Notes under the pieces: generated by a model
Database searches by the model: none
Seen by the model: only the letters and a program-made list of their open reading frames with translations
Told to the model about the DNA's origin: nothing
Shown here: positions 11,851 to 25,770 of the stretch, piece by piece
Layout: each line of letters begins with the position of its first letter
How positions within the stretch are numbered: position 1 is the first letter of the stretch
NCBI GenBank assembly: GCA_010093605.1
Contig: MU004181.1
Span: 62,001-126,000 of the forward strand
Source: Lophium mytilinum
Taxonomy: Eukaryota
Direction: 5' to 3'
Length of the DNA stretch: 64,000 nucleotides
Translations under genes and position numbers: made by a program

Positions 11851-13744
11851 CTTGATCAGGTAGTGCAAGAAGGTACTGCTTGAAAAGAGCTAGTGAATGT
11901 ATCGAGAAGCCGTGCGAAGTCGATGTGCTGATGATCCTACTTTGAGAGGAAATCGAGTGGTTTATATATTCTAAGTAATGGTATGAGTGAGTTGGCAGTT
12001 GCCCATTTTCGTCTCTTCCCGCCGGCAACGGGCCACAATATCTCCACGTTCCAATATAGGCAGCTCGCGATATGAAGGCTTCTCCAGGGGCGAGCGCCTG
12101 ATTGATGATCCTCCGCCTACTGGTACCGTTACGCCCTGATTCGTAGGAGGCGGTTCTGTGTAGAGCGCGAGTGGTCGGTAGAAGGTTCGTCGGATGTGGG
12201 TTGAAACGGGATCTGTCCAAGCGAGGAATCCAATGGGCGATGTACGTAAACGGAAATGATGCGGCAGACGGCGGAAGTGCTAGGCTAGAGGCGGTATGAG
12301 TGTCCGGCAGATGTGTGATTCCAGTGTGTTGGATCTTATCTTATGCGATGGGAGGATGGGTAAAGCGGGATGACGATCCTAAGCCGGATATTAAAACATG
12401 GCGTTCTGGGCGTCTTGGCACGGCGGAGGTTCCTGGGGTTTCGTGGTGTGAATTGAATGTTGCATCGCCTCGTGGAGTCGTGAATATCATTTTGCGGACG
12501 TCAGCATCTCTGCTGTAGAATTAATTGATCTCCAACATAGACACTCATTTGAAGTAGCTGCTACATGTCACCTACAATGGTGGCTAACAGCTATAACGCT
12601 CGATAGGGAAGGCTAGTCCAGAATCTGTATTGCATAAGAGGGTGCGTCCGTCTTCTTGGCAGTCTTAGTAGTCGGTATTAAGCACTCCGCGAGACTTGGC
12701 AGCTTGGTGCCCTTGGAGCCTGGGATCAGGCATCGGCGGCAGCTAGTCGTAGCTGGGAAGGTCCACTAGTAAACATACCGGGTATTCCAATCGGGGTCCA
12801 GGGCATCCTTCGCGCGGAGATCGCCTGCGCCCAATGAAGCCAGTGTTGTGGTATCGTGTATATTGCTTGCAGCATCCTCTATACAGGCAATGCCTGAGTC
12901 CGCAGCTAGCACTCGACAAGATGATAGCCAGCGCTGGCGGAGGGTCATTCCTTCTCCGCCCTTGGCAGCCCATACTGGCAGGTCGTTGTAGTCGAAAGAG
13001 AGTTTGTCGGATAGTTGTGTGCGTGGACCAGTTGGCGACCACTTCGGCTCGTGGGCACAGTCTAAACAGTGGAGAGGGTGCATGCAGCACTGCCGGACTC
13101 GCCTGGTCGGCGCCCCAACCGCTCGCCGCCATATCAGGGCGCACTTGGCGGCGTGGGCGTTGAGCTTAACACTGCTTGTTTTCACGTCGCTATATTTCCT
13201 ATTACGCATCGTTGTGTGTCAGCCCTGGCCTTACCCCACAGAAAGCGCAATCTGACCTTCCTTGTTCCTCTACGATCTGCACGGCATCAGCCTCTCCCGC
13301 GCGCCCGTAGCGATTCGCCGCCACTGCTTTAATCACTGCCCAGGCTGTTTCAGCCGAGCGCCAGGATCGCAGTCGGCGAGGTTTGCGGGAGACACCCTAC
13401 GAATCAGATTGTCGAGATTGCTGCGCTGGTAGTATGCCTAGTGCTTGATTCGCTGCTTGGAGTACGCCCATGGGGTTAGAATATCTGGCATGTCTGCCGT
13501 GGCTGCCCTGGAAGAATCGCATGACTTCGGCGACATAATCCGTGATAGGCAACTCGGAGGAACACAGGCCCTTCTGCGCGTGCAATCAGGAGCATTTTTT
13601 AGTTGCCTGCAGGGTGGCGCCGGCAAGTGACGACGAGGAGCGTGGTTGAAGGAGTGATACCTCCTCCTCTTGTCTCCCACTGCATCAATAGCTAGCAAAC
13701 TCCCGACCTCCGCAGGATTGATTTGTCCGTTCCAAATGAGTCTG

Positions 13745-14317
13745 ATGAAGGATCGCACCGCCGTAATCGTCGTCCTTACAGTCGCTGTCCTCGGTTCCCT
13801 CTACTTCTTTGGATACTCCTCGCCTACCTTCCGGATGGCCTCTACCTCCGTCCCGTCGGCAGATGTGTCCAGCCTTGTTCTGACTCTGGCGCAAACATCT
13901 GCAAGCCCTCCAACGCTGAAGGTGACGATTAAGAATACCCACCCCTCATCCACGTTCACAGTACTGGAGTGGGACACGCCACTCGACAAGCAAGCTCTCA
14001 ATCTGGGCGTCTTCCAGGCAATCGATGCGACGGGCACCAAGATCGACATTCCGCGCTTGATGGTCAATCGCAAACTTCCACCATCGAGAGAAGCTTTGGT
14101 GGAGCTTGCGCCCGGTGCGGAGGTGTCGAAAGAAGTGGGGCTTGACAAACGATGGGTGCCCAAAGACAAGTTTACTATAAAGGCGGAGGGGAAGTGGAAG
14201 GCCGTATGGGAGAAGGCTGCTGGGGATGTACAAGCGAGTGACCTGGAAGAACTGGGCGGGGGTGCAGCGGGGACTGGAGAATTCAAAAGTGATGAAGTTA
14301 CCGTGGACGTAGCATGA
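13745..14317 (+). CDS. Secreted or membrane-anchored protein resembling a stand-alone M35 prodomain
   Basis: Hydrophobic N-terminus. LKVTIKNT..FTVLEWDTPLD..VF..LVELAPGAEVSKEV parallels VKVAVTNTG..LNLLSKGTFLD..VF..FTTLAAGETKELTV in the neighbouring protease prodomain. No HEXXH. Confidence 0.7.
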   Translation: MKDRTAVIVVLTVAVLGSLYFFGYSSPTFRMASTSVPSADVSSLVLTLAQTSASPPTLKVTIKNTHPSSTFTVLEWDTPLDKQALNLGVFQAIDATGTKIDIPRLMVNRKLPPSREALVELAPGAEVSKEVGLDKRWVPKDKFTIKAEGKWKAVWEKAAGDVQASDLEELGGGAAGTGEFKSDEVTVDVA

Positions 14318-16190
14318 GTGTCTAATATGACTGTTTCTGATTACCTCCAGGTACCTCGATAGAACGTGTTCCTTATCGTTTGGCGTGATAGAATGCATCG
14401 TGATAGTCCATGCCAGGCTGCCAGTACAGTTTGCCACCGCGTATATTAGCCCAGTGATTGACCGATTTTAATTAGGGCCCCGGAGAATGTGTTTTGAGAC
14501 GAAAGGTCTATCTGAAGCCTGATACTTACCCTTAGCTGGAGCGAATTCATGTACAGCTAGAGCTGGCGTTAAATATCCTGGAAGTTAGCTAACTTCATGC
14601 AACTTGCGGCTGATATTGAGAATATCCGTTTGACAATATAGGTTATTGCAACTCCGGGAATGCCGTCACTGGACTGCCGATCACGGCGTGGGTCCAGCAA
14701 GCTAGCAAGCTGGCAGCACCCAGAGAGCTATGCGCCTGATGGGATACGAATGTGAAGGCATAGGAAGTCTCGTCAACTTGGATCGAGACGAGAAATGATG
14801 AGGGTGGATAAGGATAATGAGGACAAGGCTGGCGGGGAAGACGGGATAGACGGAGGTCGCCGGAGTTGGTCCGAGGCTTGGCACCCCCCCTGATTTTCTT
14901 CCATCCGAAGTCGCCGCTCAACACCAGGACTTTTTGCGATATTCTACCCATAACTTATCGCAATACCGCTGCTCTAATATCGTCGTATGTTTTCCCTCTC
15001 CAATTTGTCTCAACAGCATGATATTGCTAAAGTGGCGCTTCGGAGCGCTCAGCATGAAGCGCGCGCCAGCATCATCTTGCCATCAATAGCAAAGCTACGA
15101 CTCTGTTGTGGCCCGACTAACCACTGATATCCGCTTTTAACTTCTTAGGATGGATACGACCGGCCATAGAAGGGCTGTAGTTGCGTGGGCGACTTGAGTA
15201 ATTTCTCCATCCCGTTTACGACCATTCGATACGACTTCGGCTTCGAACCCTTCTGAGCAGCCATCATTTCCATTCGAACCCAACGCAGCGTCGACTCGAA
15301 TACTACATAATGGCTGTTGGTGGGATTTGGGATATTCGGATGGTCTAGCATGAAAGGGCGCCATCTTCATCGTTCAGCATGTTAGCTGGGCAGTACAATT
15401 CAGCGAAGCATTGCAGTCATCGCTCTGGCCGTTGAATGGCTCACGTAGTATCCCAAAGCTGGACTCGAATGAAGTGCTGCTTTCCCGATATGGTAGACCA
15501 CGAAATCGAAAATGACGGAAGTGGCAGCATTCGGCGGCCGTTGGTGGCGCATCTGCCCGTCCCACAAAACTGTGATCCGTCAGCCCTGCGCTCGTAAATT
15601 ATTGAGCTGCCTTCAGAATGCCCTCAGCATTTCCAACCTTTTCGTAATCCTTTCGCACGCTCCGAATCGCCTCCTTTCGAAATATCGGGCGTCCCGATCG
15701 CCTCTTCGTTCATCTCGTGTTCAGCATAACGAACACGGAGCCCGGCTGCCTGTCTTCGTCCCCTACGATTCGCCCGTTCGCTTGCAAGCCCCTAATCAAA
15801 CACCAATCAAACGCGCTTCTCGCCCCTTAAGCCTTAGGCCCCTGCAGAAAGTGTTAAGTTTAACTTTAAGGTTGTGCAAACGCCCCTGACTAATCTTGAC
15901 TCATCCTAGTCGAGACCGGTCTCATGGGCGGACTGGTCTAGAATGGCTAGATTTTAACGCCATTGCAAGCCACTAGAGCGTCGAGTTGCACGCGATGTGA
16001 CATGAGTGGCGGCGCGTGCCCTGATGGCAAAGTAGAAAAGTCGGTCGTGCCCTCTCTTTGATCGCACCCGTCTCACACATTCGTTCCACGACAGTACAAA
16101 TACCTTCCTATCAAAACCACACTCGTTAGACCTTAAAGAGTCCCTCCTTCAAACCCTCTAATCTTTTCAAGTCCTCTCCAAACCGCCAAA

Positions 16191-16925
16191 ATGAAAGCCT
16201 CCACAACCCTCCTAGTCCCCACCGCCCTCGTCCTCGCCGGCCTCCCCCTCGCCCCCGCCGCCTCCACCCCGACCGTAACTCTCCTCCTCCCCTACAACGG
16301 CGCCAGCACCACCTACCTCGGCTCCGTCATCACCGCCGCGCCCTCGAGCACCGAATACGCCGTGACCTGTGCACCCCTCCCCGCCTCCGCCTCGGCCACC
16401 GACGACGGCGACTTCTGCGGCCCCGAGTTCACAATCACCCAGGGCCCGTCCATCTGGGCCTTCGCCTACACCGTCGAGGGCGGCGGCGAGACGCTGAGCG
16501 CGAAATGCACCGGCGATATCGACCACAGCAGCGAGTTGACGTGCACGCAGAGTGTGGGCGGGTCGGGGGTTACGGGGACGGAGAAGGGGATCGAGACGAC
16601 GACGATGCAGCCGAGTGATTATTTGTCCGTGTTTGGCGCGGTTACGGTCACGGCGGGTGGGGAGAAGTTGTCTGGGGTGGCGAGTGCGACGGCGAGCGAT
16701 GCGAAAGGTATGTATTGATGCTGGACGCTTAGAAGATGGTGACGCGAGCTAACGGTTCGGATAGCAACGAAATCTGCGAGCGGGAGCTTGACGACGGTTA
16801 CAGGTACGGCCACCGGTTCGGCGACGGGCGCGGCGGCTTCGACGGGTGCGGCGAGCGCGAATGGACTCAGGCAGGGTGCGGTGGCCGGCGTGGCGGGTGT
16901 CGTGCTGGCTGCGCTGGCTTTGTAG
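16191..16925 (+). CDS. Ser/Thr-rich secreted, probably GPI-anchored cell-wall protein (intron 16708-16764)
   Basis: Signal peptide, Cys-containing domain, S/T/A-rich stalk, and hydrophobic tail GAVAGVAGVVLAALAL* after splicing GTATGT..CTAAC..TAG. Confidence 0.85.
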
Positions 16926-18717
16926 GATACTGGTGGATGGAAGGGTGATAGAGAGGGCGAAGAGCTGGTGTAATACATAATCAGATTAGAAAGACCTGTT
17001 GTACCAAAAATAGACATTTGCATCTAAACAAAAACTGGAAGTTTAGTCTTCAAGAGGCCCGTTCCTATGTTTAACTCGCAGTCCCTTTTCTATTTCTCTT
17101 CTCATTCCTCAGGAGCGATGTGGGCATGTGCGATTGTCGTCCATTCACTAAACATGATGTGCTGCAGACTTTGACGATTCACTAGGTCAGGCGACTTTAG
17201 CAATATCAAAATCCCTAAGTGTTGAGCACGGAGGGTCCTATCATCTACTGGGCTTGGCGCGATTCGAAGATCAATGAATACCCGGTATGAGATGCCCGCA
17301 TCAAGATTGGTTATTATGCCAACAACCCTTACTTCCGATTACTGATATCACCCATGGAAACTTGATGTCCCCCGAGGACAATATCTCGTGCGCATATTCT
17401 CGCCTTCTTCTATGGAATGAGGTCAAGGTCGAGATGGATCGTGTTGGCTACATTCACGAGTCAAGTCAGCGCGCGCACCGTTTTGAGCATGACTCGCACT
17501 CACCCATCAACACCAACCACACCCATCACAGTCGTCTTCTTCAGCACGGATTTTGCAGCCTCCGAAACCTGTCTTGCAATCTTGTGTTGTCATAACTGAA
17601 GAATCTGTAAGTTTACAAACCCAGGTTATTCTTAGTCTCACGTGCCGTGCTGCCTTTCCTGACTCCTCCTCGTCTCCGCCGCTGGCTACTTCAGCCCATC
17701 GTCACAACCCCATCTCCCCGCATCAAACTTATGCTTCTTCAGCTAGTCATGCCAGAAATCTCTGTTCTACCGACGTTGTGCCGTCCATCGCGGGTGTTTC
17801 CCCGCTCGAGTCCGGGGTTGAGGGGCTAGCGGCTGATCATTTCGCGCTCGTGATGGAAAATTGAAGTCGACATTTCCCAGTCTCCAGCTTCTGTTTTTCA
17901 CCTGTAACGACGACACAGCGGGATTCGGCATACCTTTTGTCTCATAGAAAGCCTGCTTGCTGGGGTACTGCTCACAGTGGTGCTCGCACAGCAAGAGAGG
18001 AACCTGACTATATCCGATTTATCAATGGCAGCTTCCATATTTCTCTCGCGACTACACATTACGACTAAAAGACGTTATGAACTACTGGCAACACTTTGCC
18101 AGGCTCTTAAATCTCTCCACACCTCCTCACAACACCTCTAAACTTTTCAACTCGACAAGGATATCTCCCGCTTCCGAGGATCAACCGCTCCACATTCTCC
18201 CCGGCGCCATTCCCACCATCGACGGCTCCTCCGCGTTCTAGTGGCTAGCATCCCGGTCTCCACGATCTGTACCCTGTCCGGCAGTTGCGATATACACGCT
18301 TCTGCGCCCCATCAGGCCTAGAATTGCGGGGAAGCTGCCTTGGCTTCGACCAGATCATGAATCGACCCGCGGTTTTGCCGGCAGCAGCTCAGCAATGGCA
18401 TTCCATCGGTGTGCGCTCTCCCGAGAAATTGGTGATGTGATGATGCTAATGGTGCTTTAGAGCACCCTTTCCGCCGGGTTCTTTCCTGTCTGGGCTACAA
18501 ACCGGGTCCGATCTTGAACCATGGGCTTGGATGAAGGTAGCCGACGCGAAAAAAACTTCCCTGTTGGCATGATGCTCGCGCTGTGCTTGCAGTTCTCGGT
18601 TTCTGGTACCTGAGTGCGAGCCGAGGTGAACAGGGAGGATGTATATAAGAGGGGTTGAGGCTACCCATCTAGCTTTACGACAACCATCAAGCGCTTAGTG
18701 GTATGCCTTCTTGCAAT

Positions 18718-21459
18718 ATGTTGCGGCTTCTTGCTGTATTTGTCTACTCTCTACTGTCGACGGTGGTGGCCGGGTTCGATCATGAGCTTTATACGTCGAG
18801 TCCACCGATTTACCCATCGCGTGAGTTGCTTTTCGTTGCCGCTTTACTACTCTGCTTCAATATTTCGTTACAGTTCGTGGAGAGGCTGGGCTTACACCAT
18901 GCACGTAGCGGATACCAATGGGACCGGAGGATGGGATGCGGCACTCAAGAAAGCGGATGCCTTTCTAGCCGAGCTGTCGCTTGAGGAGAAGGCCTATATG
19001 ATCACCGGTACGCAAATTCGTCAAATATACGCGACAGGCCATAAGTCTGGGCACACCGACTCACCACTGCTTGGAGTACCCTCACAGCGCTTCGAAGATT
19101 CAAGGGCGATGTCGAGTTTCAAGCGGTGCAGATTACACTGTCTCTTGACTGATTGGCTTCTCAACAGCCAAGCTACCTCTTACAGTAGTGTCCATCGAGC
19201 AAGATTGAAGCCAAGCAGTGGCAGATCCATGTGTCAAGGCTTATGGTATGGTAACGTATCTGCTTACACTGTCCAGGTACCACTGGACCATGTGCAGGAA
19301 ACATAGCACCCATACCACGCCTCAACTTTACTGGACTATGCCTTCAAGATGGCCCCCTCGCAATTCGACAAGCAGTATATGCAAGTGTGTTTCCGGCAGG
19401 CTTATCTACAGCAGCTTCTTGGGACCGAGATCTCATGTATCAGCGTGGCCTTTTCATGGGAGAAGAGTTCAGGGGTAAAGGCGCCCATGTCATCCTCGGC
19501 CCTGTTGCTGGGCCTCTTGGTCGCTCCCCATACGGCGGCCGCAATTGGGAAGGCTTCTCTCCTGATCCATATCTCACCGGAGTTGGTATGGAACAGACTG
19601 TCACTGGAATGCAAGCAGCTGGTGTTCAAGCATGCTCAAAGCACTACATCGGTAACGAGCAAGAGACGCAAAGAAATCCGAGTGTTTCTGTCGAAAACAA
19701 GACAATCGAAGCCGTTTCTTCCAACGTAGACGACCAAACCATGCACGAGCTCTACCTATGGCCCTTTGCCAACGCCGTCCACGCTGGAACTGCTAGCATC
19801 ATGTGCTCCTACAATCGCATCAACGGCTCCTACGGCTGCCAAAACTCGAAGACCCTTAACGGCCTCCTGAAAGAAGAACTCGGCTTCCAGGGCTACGTTA
19901 TGTCCGACTGGAGCGCAACCCACAGCGGCGTCCCCGCCATCGCCGCCGGCCTCGACATGAACATGCCCGGCGGCATCGCCTTCACCTCCCCCTCCCCCTC
20001 CTACTTCGGCGACAACATCACCACCGCCGTCAACAACGGCTCCCTCCCTATCGCCCGCGTTGACGACATGATCCGGCGTATCATGACCCCATACTACCAC
20101 CTCTCCCAAGACTCCTCCTACCCCCCAATCGACTCCTCCGGCGTGCCCCTCAACTTCTTCCCCAAGCCCTCCTGGGTGCACGAATTCCCCCTCGGCCCCA
20201 CCACCGACGTCCGCGCCGCCCACGCCTCCCTCATCCGCACCCTCGGCGCCGCAGGCATCGTGCTCCTCAAAAACACAAACGGCACCCTCCCGTTGAAGCA
20301 GCCCACCAACCTCGCCGTCCTCGGCAACGCCGCCGCCGACTTCACCGCCGGCGAGTATACCCTCTCCCTCACCGCGGGGATCGCCGCGGGCAACTACGAA
20401 ACCGGCACGCTGCCCGTCGGCGGCGGTAGTGGTACTGGCCGCTTCAGCTACGTCGTGCCGCCGCTCGACGCTATCAAAGCACGCGTAGCTTCTTACGCGC
20501 CGAGGGGGTTGGTGCAGTATATCACCAACAACACCATCCTCTCCTCCCCCACGGGGTTGGGCACGCTCGCGCCGCCGCCGGAGATCTGCGTGCTGTTCCT
20601 CAAGTCCTGGGCCGCGGAGAGCGAGGACCGCGTATCGCTACTAGCCGAGTGGAACTCTACCGCTGTGGTTGAAGCGGTTGCGGCGCAGTGCCCGAATACG
20701 GTGGTTGTGCTGACGGGTGCCGCGCCGAACGTGCTGCCGTGGGCGGGGAATCCGAATGTCACGGCGGTTTTGGCGGCGCATATGCCGGGCCAGGAGATCG
20801 GGAATTCAATCGCGGATGTGTTGTTTGGGGACGTGAATCCGAGTGGGAGACTGCCGTACACCATCGCGCTAAAGGAAGACGACTATGCGAGGAATATTGT
20901 TAATAGTACGGAACTGCTGGAGACGGAGGACGCGGATGCGTGGCAGGCGGATTTCACGGAGGGTGAGCTCATTGATTACCGTGAGTTTGATAAGGAGGGG
21001 AAAAAGGTGGCGTTTGAGTTTGGGTTAGGGTTGAGTTATACGACGTTCGCCTTGTCTGATCTCGAAATCTCGAAAGTCGCGGAGGGGGTTGTTGCTCTTA
21101 CGCCGAGCGCTGCCGGTCCGGTTATCCCGGGTGGAAATGCGGAGTTGTGGATGACGCTGTTTAGCGTTGAGGTTGAGGTGGCTAATACGGGGAAGGTTGC
21201 TGGTGCCGCGGTGCCGCAGCTGTATCTCTCTTTCCCGGCTGAGGCGGGCGAGGTTAGGCCTGTGAGGGTACTAAGGGGGTTTGAGAAGGTGCAACTTGGT
21301 GTTGGGGAGACTAAAAAGGTGGCGTTTCAGCTGATGCGGAGGGACGTCAGTTATTGGAGTGTGGTAGAGCAGACGTGGCGGATTCCTGGAGAGGGGGTAC
21401 AAGTGGCGGTGGGGTGGAGTTCGAGAGATCTGGTGTGCAATGGGACGATCACTGCATAA
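18718..21459 (+). CDS. Secreted glycoside hydrolase family 3 beta-glucosidase (introns ~18821-18908 and ~19008-19276)
   Basis: Signal peptide, SPPIYPSP, LCLQDGPL, GRNWEGFSPDPYL, KHYIGNEQE, nucleophile motif VMSDW, GQEIGNSIADVLFG, PSGRLPYT and a C-terminal Fn3-like LRGFEKV. Confidence 0.96.
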
Positions 21460-21949
21460 GAGGGATAGGATCCAGTAAAGGGGCAGTCTCAAGAAGGAGC
21501 ATACATGAAAATTGCTTGATCGGTAGCTATGGAGACCATCGTTGCTGAATCACCTCTGCATTGCCTAGGGGTGGACCAAGTCGGTGAATACCATGTCAAA
21601 ACGTCAGTACCGACGTTGCGGTCTAGCCACATGGAAAGATGACTTTGTCGGAGCACTGTCCAAATCCAAGAACCGCGCCCTCGCATTCAACAAACATTCA
21701 ATTGCAGGCACTTGGCCATCTCATACAGCGTCAGTAGACCTGCTAAACCTCAGCATTGTCCTACTGCTTTCAGGTTAACTTCCTGGATACTGCTTGCTAT
21801 CTTTCGCCCAAACCATACTCTCCCCTCTCCCCAAGAACTAGCCTCTCCGCGCCGCCACAAAGTAATGTGAACCTCCTCCAGCACTCCTCCATTTCGTAGT
21901 AAAATGCTCCTGAACCTACTCCAAGTTATGCAGTTACCCCTTCGACATC

Positions 21950-22340
21950 GCTCCTCCTCGATCTCATCGGGCTCGTTGAACGTGATGTCGATGATACGTT
22001 CCATACCAAGGCCTGATCGAAGCTGTTTTGCGAGTCAGACTCGAACGTTATCATCCTCCCACAGCCCCTTCTCCAACTACTCTTCAGCTCCACGGCGTAG
22101 GACTATACATCATTCATGCCTAGTTGAGTGTCCACGGCCAGGATTCCAGCTATCCCTCTATCCATCCGCGCCATTTGTCTCGCGAAATAGCTGGCGAGAT
22201 CCCGGGCTGGGCGAAGGGTTGCTATCGCTCTTGGGTGATCTTGAGGGCAGGATGCTCGGGCTAGGGAGAGGGAGTGCCTAGCCTGTCTAGCTAGATTTTA
22301 CGGGTTGGTGGGGACTAGAGGGCCCTCGAAGGGTGGAATT
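21950..22340 (-). pseudogene. Degenerate paralog of the 9344-10033 orphan gene
   Basis: Reads PFEGPL..*NLARQARHSLSLARASCPQDHPRAIATLR..FARQMARMDR..EE*LEKGLWEDDNVRV*LAKQLRSGLGMERII, versus PFEAPL..ARLARQFFASARAAWPEPRALNILR..FNKQMARLER..EDWEEEGVWVDERVWAW..AQQMRLGLSMERIV. Contains stops and a frameshift. Confidence 0.8.
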
Positions 22341-25149
22341 CGGGAAGATGAGTCGCTCCAGCTCTGTCGCGAGCTTGTGCCGTTGTCTGGTAGTATCAGA
22401 CGCCATGATATCGATGTCTGGTCAGGGCTCTGTCTTGACTCGACGCATCGCTAGCACCGGAGCCGCTCCTGACGGCGGCATCGAAGTTGCAGGAGTGGTG
22501 CACCGGGGGTTTGATATTTGGGTTCTGGCTCATGGTGGAGACTGTGGAGGTGGGTGAAGTGTTGATCGTAGGGGTTTGCCGTCTGGGCTGCCTCGTGACT
22601 GAACGACATGCTAACAGCGGTGCTGCTTCTAGTGGTTTCGAGGTTCTAGAGCTGGCGTGCTAGTAGGAGGGCCTTCGTGCGTCGGCCTGTGGGATGGTGC
22701 TGTACATGCCGGTGGAGTTTTGGTGGGATGATGTGGGAGTGAAGTATTATGGAGACGGAGATGTGAGGTGCTGCGGCCAGAAAGGGATTGGATGTATCGA
22801 ATCGAAAGTGAGAATAAATGCTGGAGTGCAAATGGTTCTGAAGTTGTGTGCGATGCGGCGAATTGAACGACGTTTGGGCTCGTGATTCGTTGATGGATGT
22901 CTCCTTTGAATGTGGGTTGGTGACAGCGAAGAGCGGAGAGCTGAGATTCGCAACATACCGTTATGGCCTACTATAATCGTCGCTCCTAGTCCAAAAAGGT
23001 GAAGCGGGGTGATAATTCGAGGGTACGGTAATCGTTTCTGATTCCTGCGGCGGGATGGACGGGGATGTTCTAGCGGGGAGACTCGGGAGTGGTCGAGGCG
23101 GGAGTGTTTCCTCTGGTCTGCCGACTCTCCGGAGATGATGTTGCACTCTGTTGAGTTTTCAGCGCCTGCTTCAAGTGTAGAGGAGTTATGAATCTCGGTG
23201 GACATGGTGCTTGAGGTCGCGGCGGTTTTCCAGGTTGGCCTGATGTGGGCGTGCTGTTGGAAGTTTGTCAGGGCGGACGGCTCCATCAGAGAGCTCCAAA
23301 AGACTGGCTGGGGCCACGAGCTATCTTGGAAAACCTGGATAGTCCGTGCCGGGCGGTGGACGCCATATCGTGACGTTTTTGGAGGTCAGTCAGTCTCGCG
23401 CGAGACCGGGTAGTCCTCGAGACATATGGCACCACCACTTTGACCCCGAAAGGCGCTTAAAGGGTGTCGTAGAGACTGTGGAAGCTTTGACACGTGGTCT
23501 TTCAGAAAGGAAGAGTTGATCGCCATCGATGCCCACCGGCGGACGCGTTTCTGCGACACGTCCCCAGGCCGCGCCTCTGCGGGCGAAGATGGCCACGAAG
23601 GAAGCACAAAATACCTGCGGAGGTTGCATCGAGGCTGTGAACCATGTGTAGGGATTCTGAAAGCGATCAATATTCTGGAACAGGCGTCGCTATCAGTGGC
23701 AGGCGGCTGTGTGAGATTTGGGCACAGAACGCGTCTTCACGCGGCAGAGAGACTGCACAAAGTCCCTAGAGCCCTCTGAAAGACACGAGAGATCCTGATA
23801 CGGAACTATGATCATGTTCTTGGGATAGGTACAGAAGAGCAGACCGGTCGGGTCCATTGAAGGAGTTTTTGGTGGTATCCTAGCCTTGCCGGCTACCAAA
23901 ACACCATGCAGAGCTCACAAGGACATCATGAGAAGCATCAGAGAAGCTTTCATAGTAGCTTCTGCCTCATGACTGCATGAACGCTTTTCGCGGCGCCGCT
24001 AAGCTATATGTCGTCCTCAACACCACGGGCACGCCGCTCTCGGGCAGAGCAACAGCAACTCCCAGCTTCGTTAACGGCCGGCACTGAGATCATCTTCAAC
24101 AGTCACTAGCATCATGAGGACTCATAGTATGAACCTATATTGAATCTACATAGTATCGTACAAGAGAAGGGCTGCCATGCTAAACCTAACCTCGACACCA
24201 CCAACAACGAGAGAAGACTTCTTCTTCAACCCCCTGCACAAGGCAGGTAAGCCAATGAAAAAGATGTGCTCGAAGAGCGGACCAGCAAAAATTATGCTGG
24301 TTAACCCCCCAAGAGGGGAATTAGATAGCAGTCCCCTCCCCGTTGTGCAATGCAGGAGAGGACTACCAGGTGGACCGGATTCATGAGCTCGGACACCCCA
24401 GCGTGTTCTGAGAATTGTTAGCAAGGTCTGAAAGGAAGGAGGGTGGCTGGGTGTGAACTCACAAGTATGAGTTGCAAAGAGGAGGGGGGAGGGGCTCTTA
24501 TATACTGGGAGAGGAAAGAATTTGCGGAGCGGATCAACAAGCTGTTCCGAAGACCGGCGACATTCCACCAGTTTCCAGGCGCTGCTGCCTGGAAGGTCGC
24601 GCTGGAGCGGCGGGGTTGCGGCGGGTAGTGGTGATCCAGGCCGACTCGCCGTGGCCCTCGCGTATCGAGCTTGTCAGTGCCAGGAGCTAACCCAACTAGT
24701 GCGTCGCTATCGGCTCTCGGGAGGTCATAGTCACGGGTAACTCCCAAGGTTCATGTTTAGAGCATGCTATTGCAGCTGGTGGAGTACAATCTGAAGTATG
24801 GGCATGTTAGTTTTTACATATCCTCGGTGAGGGATGAAACATGAAGATTGACCAGTCGCGGGCTGCACCTTTACTAGTCCAGGTCTCTGCATAATATCTC
24901 TACTGGATTCGGCGTTGCTCAGTGTACCTATTATATGACGCTTTCCTTACTCCTTCTCCGTAATTGTTGCCCTTGGTGCCGTAATGTCGCTGGTCGTTGC
25001 AAAGCGTCCGACAGTGAACGAATTTACTGCCCCTGGAAGCTCAATTCTCATGAACGTGAGAACCGTCAATATGGATTTGATATCGGATCCTCATTACGGA
25101 GAATGGGGAGGTGGGATGGATCTTCGGCTTTCAAATGGTCCGTCAACGG

Positions 25150-25770
25150 CGCTTGGGCCACCGCAGAATGATGAACTTGGTTTGGAAGACAATTGCAGTC
25201 TCGCACACAGCAATCTCATCTATAGATTTACAGCAATTCTCCGAACATAATCTCACCTTGTTATTGGTCTACGGCAGGCGCCCTCAAACCTTTCCTTGCC
25301 ATCGCCAGAAAAACCACGAGATCCGACTTCCATATGCCCAACCTCGGTTACAAGACTTGCGTACCCACGATTTAGACTTCCAGCAGCTCTTCGAAAGACG
25401 ACCAAGCCACAATCTCTATTTGCTACACCAATATCGGTCCCCTGCTTGCCCTCCTTACGGCGCCATCCCTCTTCGTCTATGACCCGCCGCCTCGACGTGG
25501 TAATTCGACCTTCCGCCCATCTTGATTGTCTATGTTTTCGATCCGCAGCCTATGGCTTTGCTCGAGACGGCTTTATCTTGTTTCATGCTCTAGCCTGCTA
25601 TATCGCGGTTAGGGGATCTAGGAGATTTAGGCTCGATGGGCTGCATCTCTGGCTGGAAGGAAAGCCTCGCCGGTTTCACGATCACGAAGTACCGGCCTTC
25701 GAAACCGTGTGGACACTGGTTTGGGCTCGATTGCTGACGCTGGAGGGATTGGCTTGGAGATAGGGACGAG
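25150..25770 (+). pseudogene. Possible degenerate F-box-like (LPxELRxxIY-type) gene
   Basis: Fragments NLIYRF and CHRQKNHEIRLPYA..DLDFQQLF in different frames resemble the RQVRNESRPIFY region of 55408-56526; no continuous ORF. Confidence 0.3.

Noticed and set aside
12743..13630. Overlapping ORFs between the protease and the prodomain-like gene
   Set aside because: No recognisable domain and interrupted frames; probably promoter sequence or unidentifiable decay.
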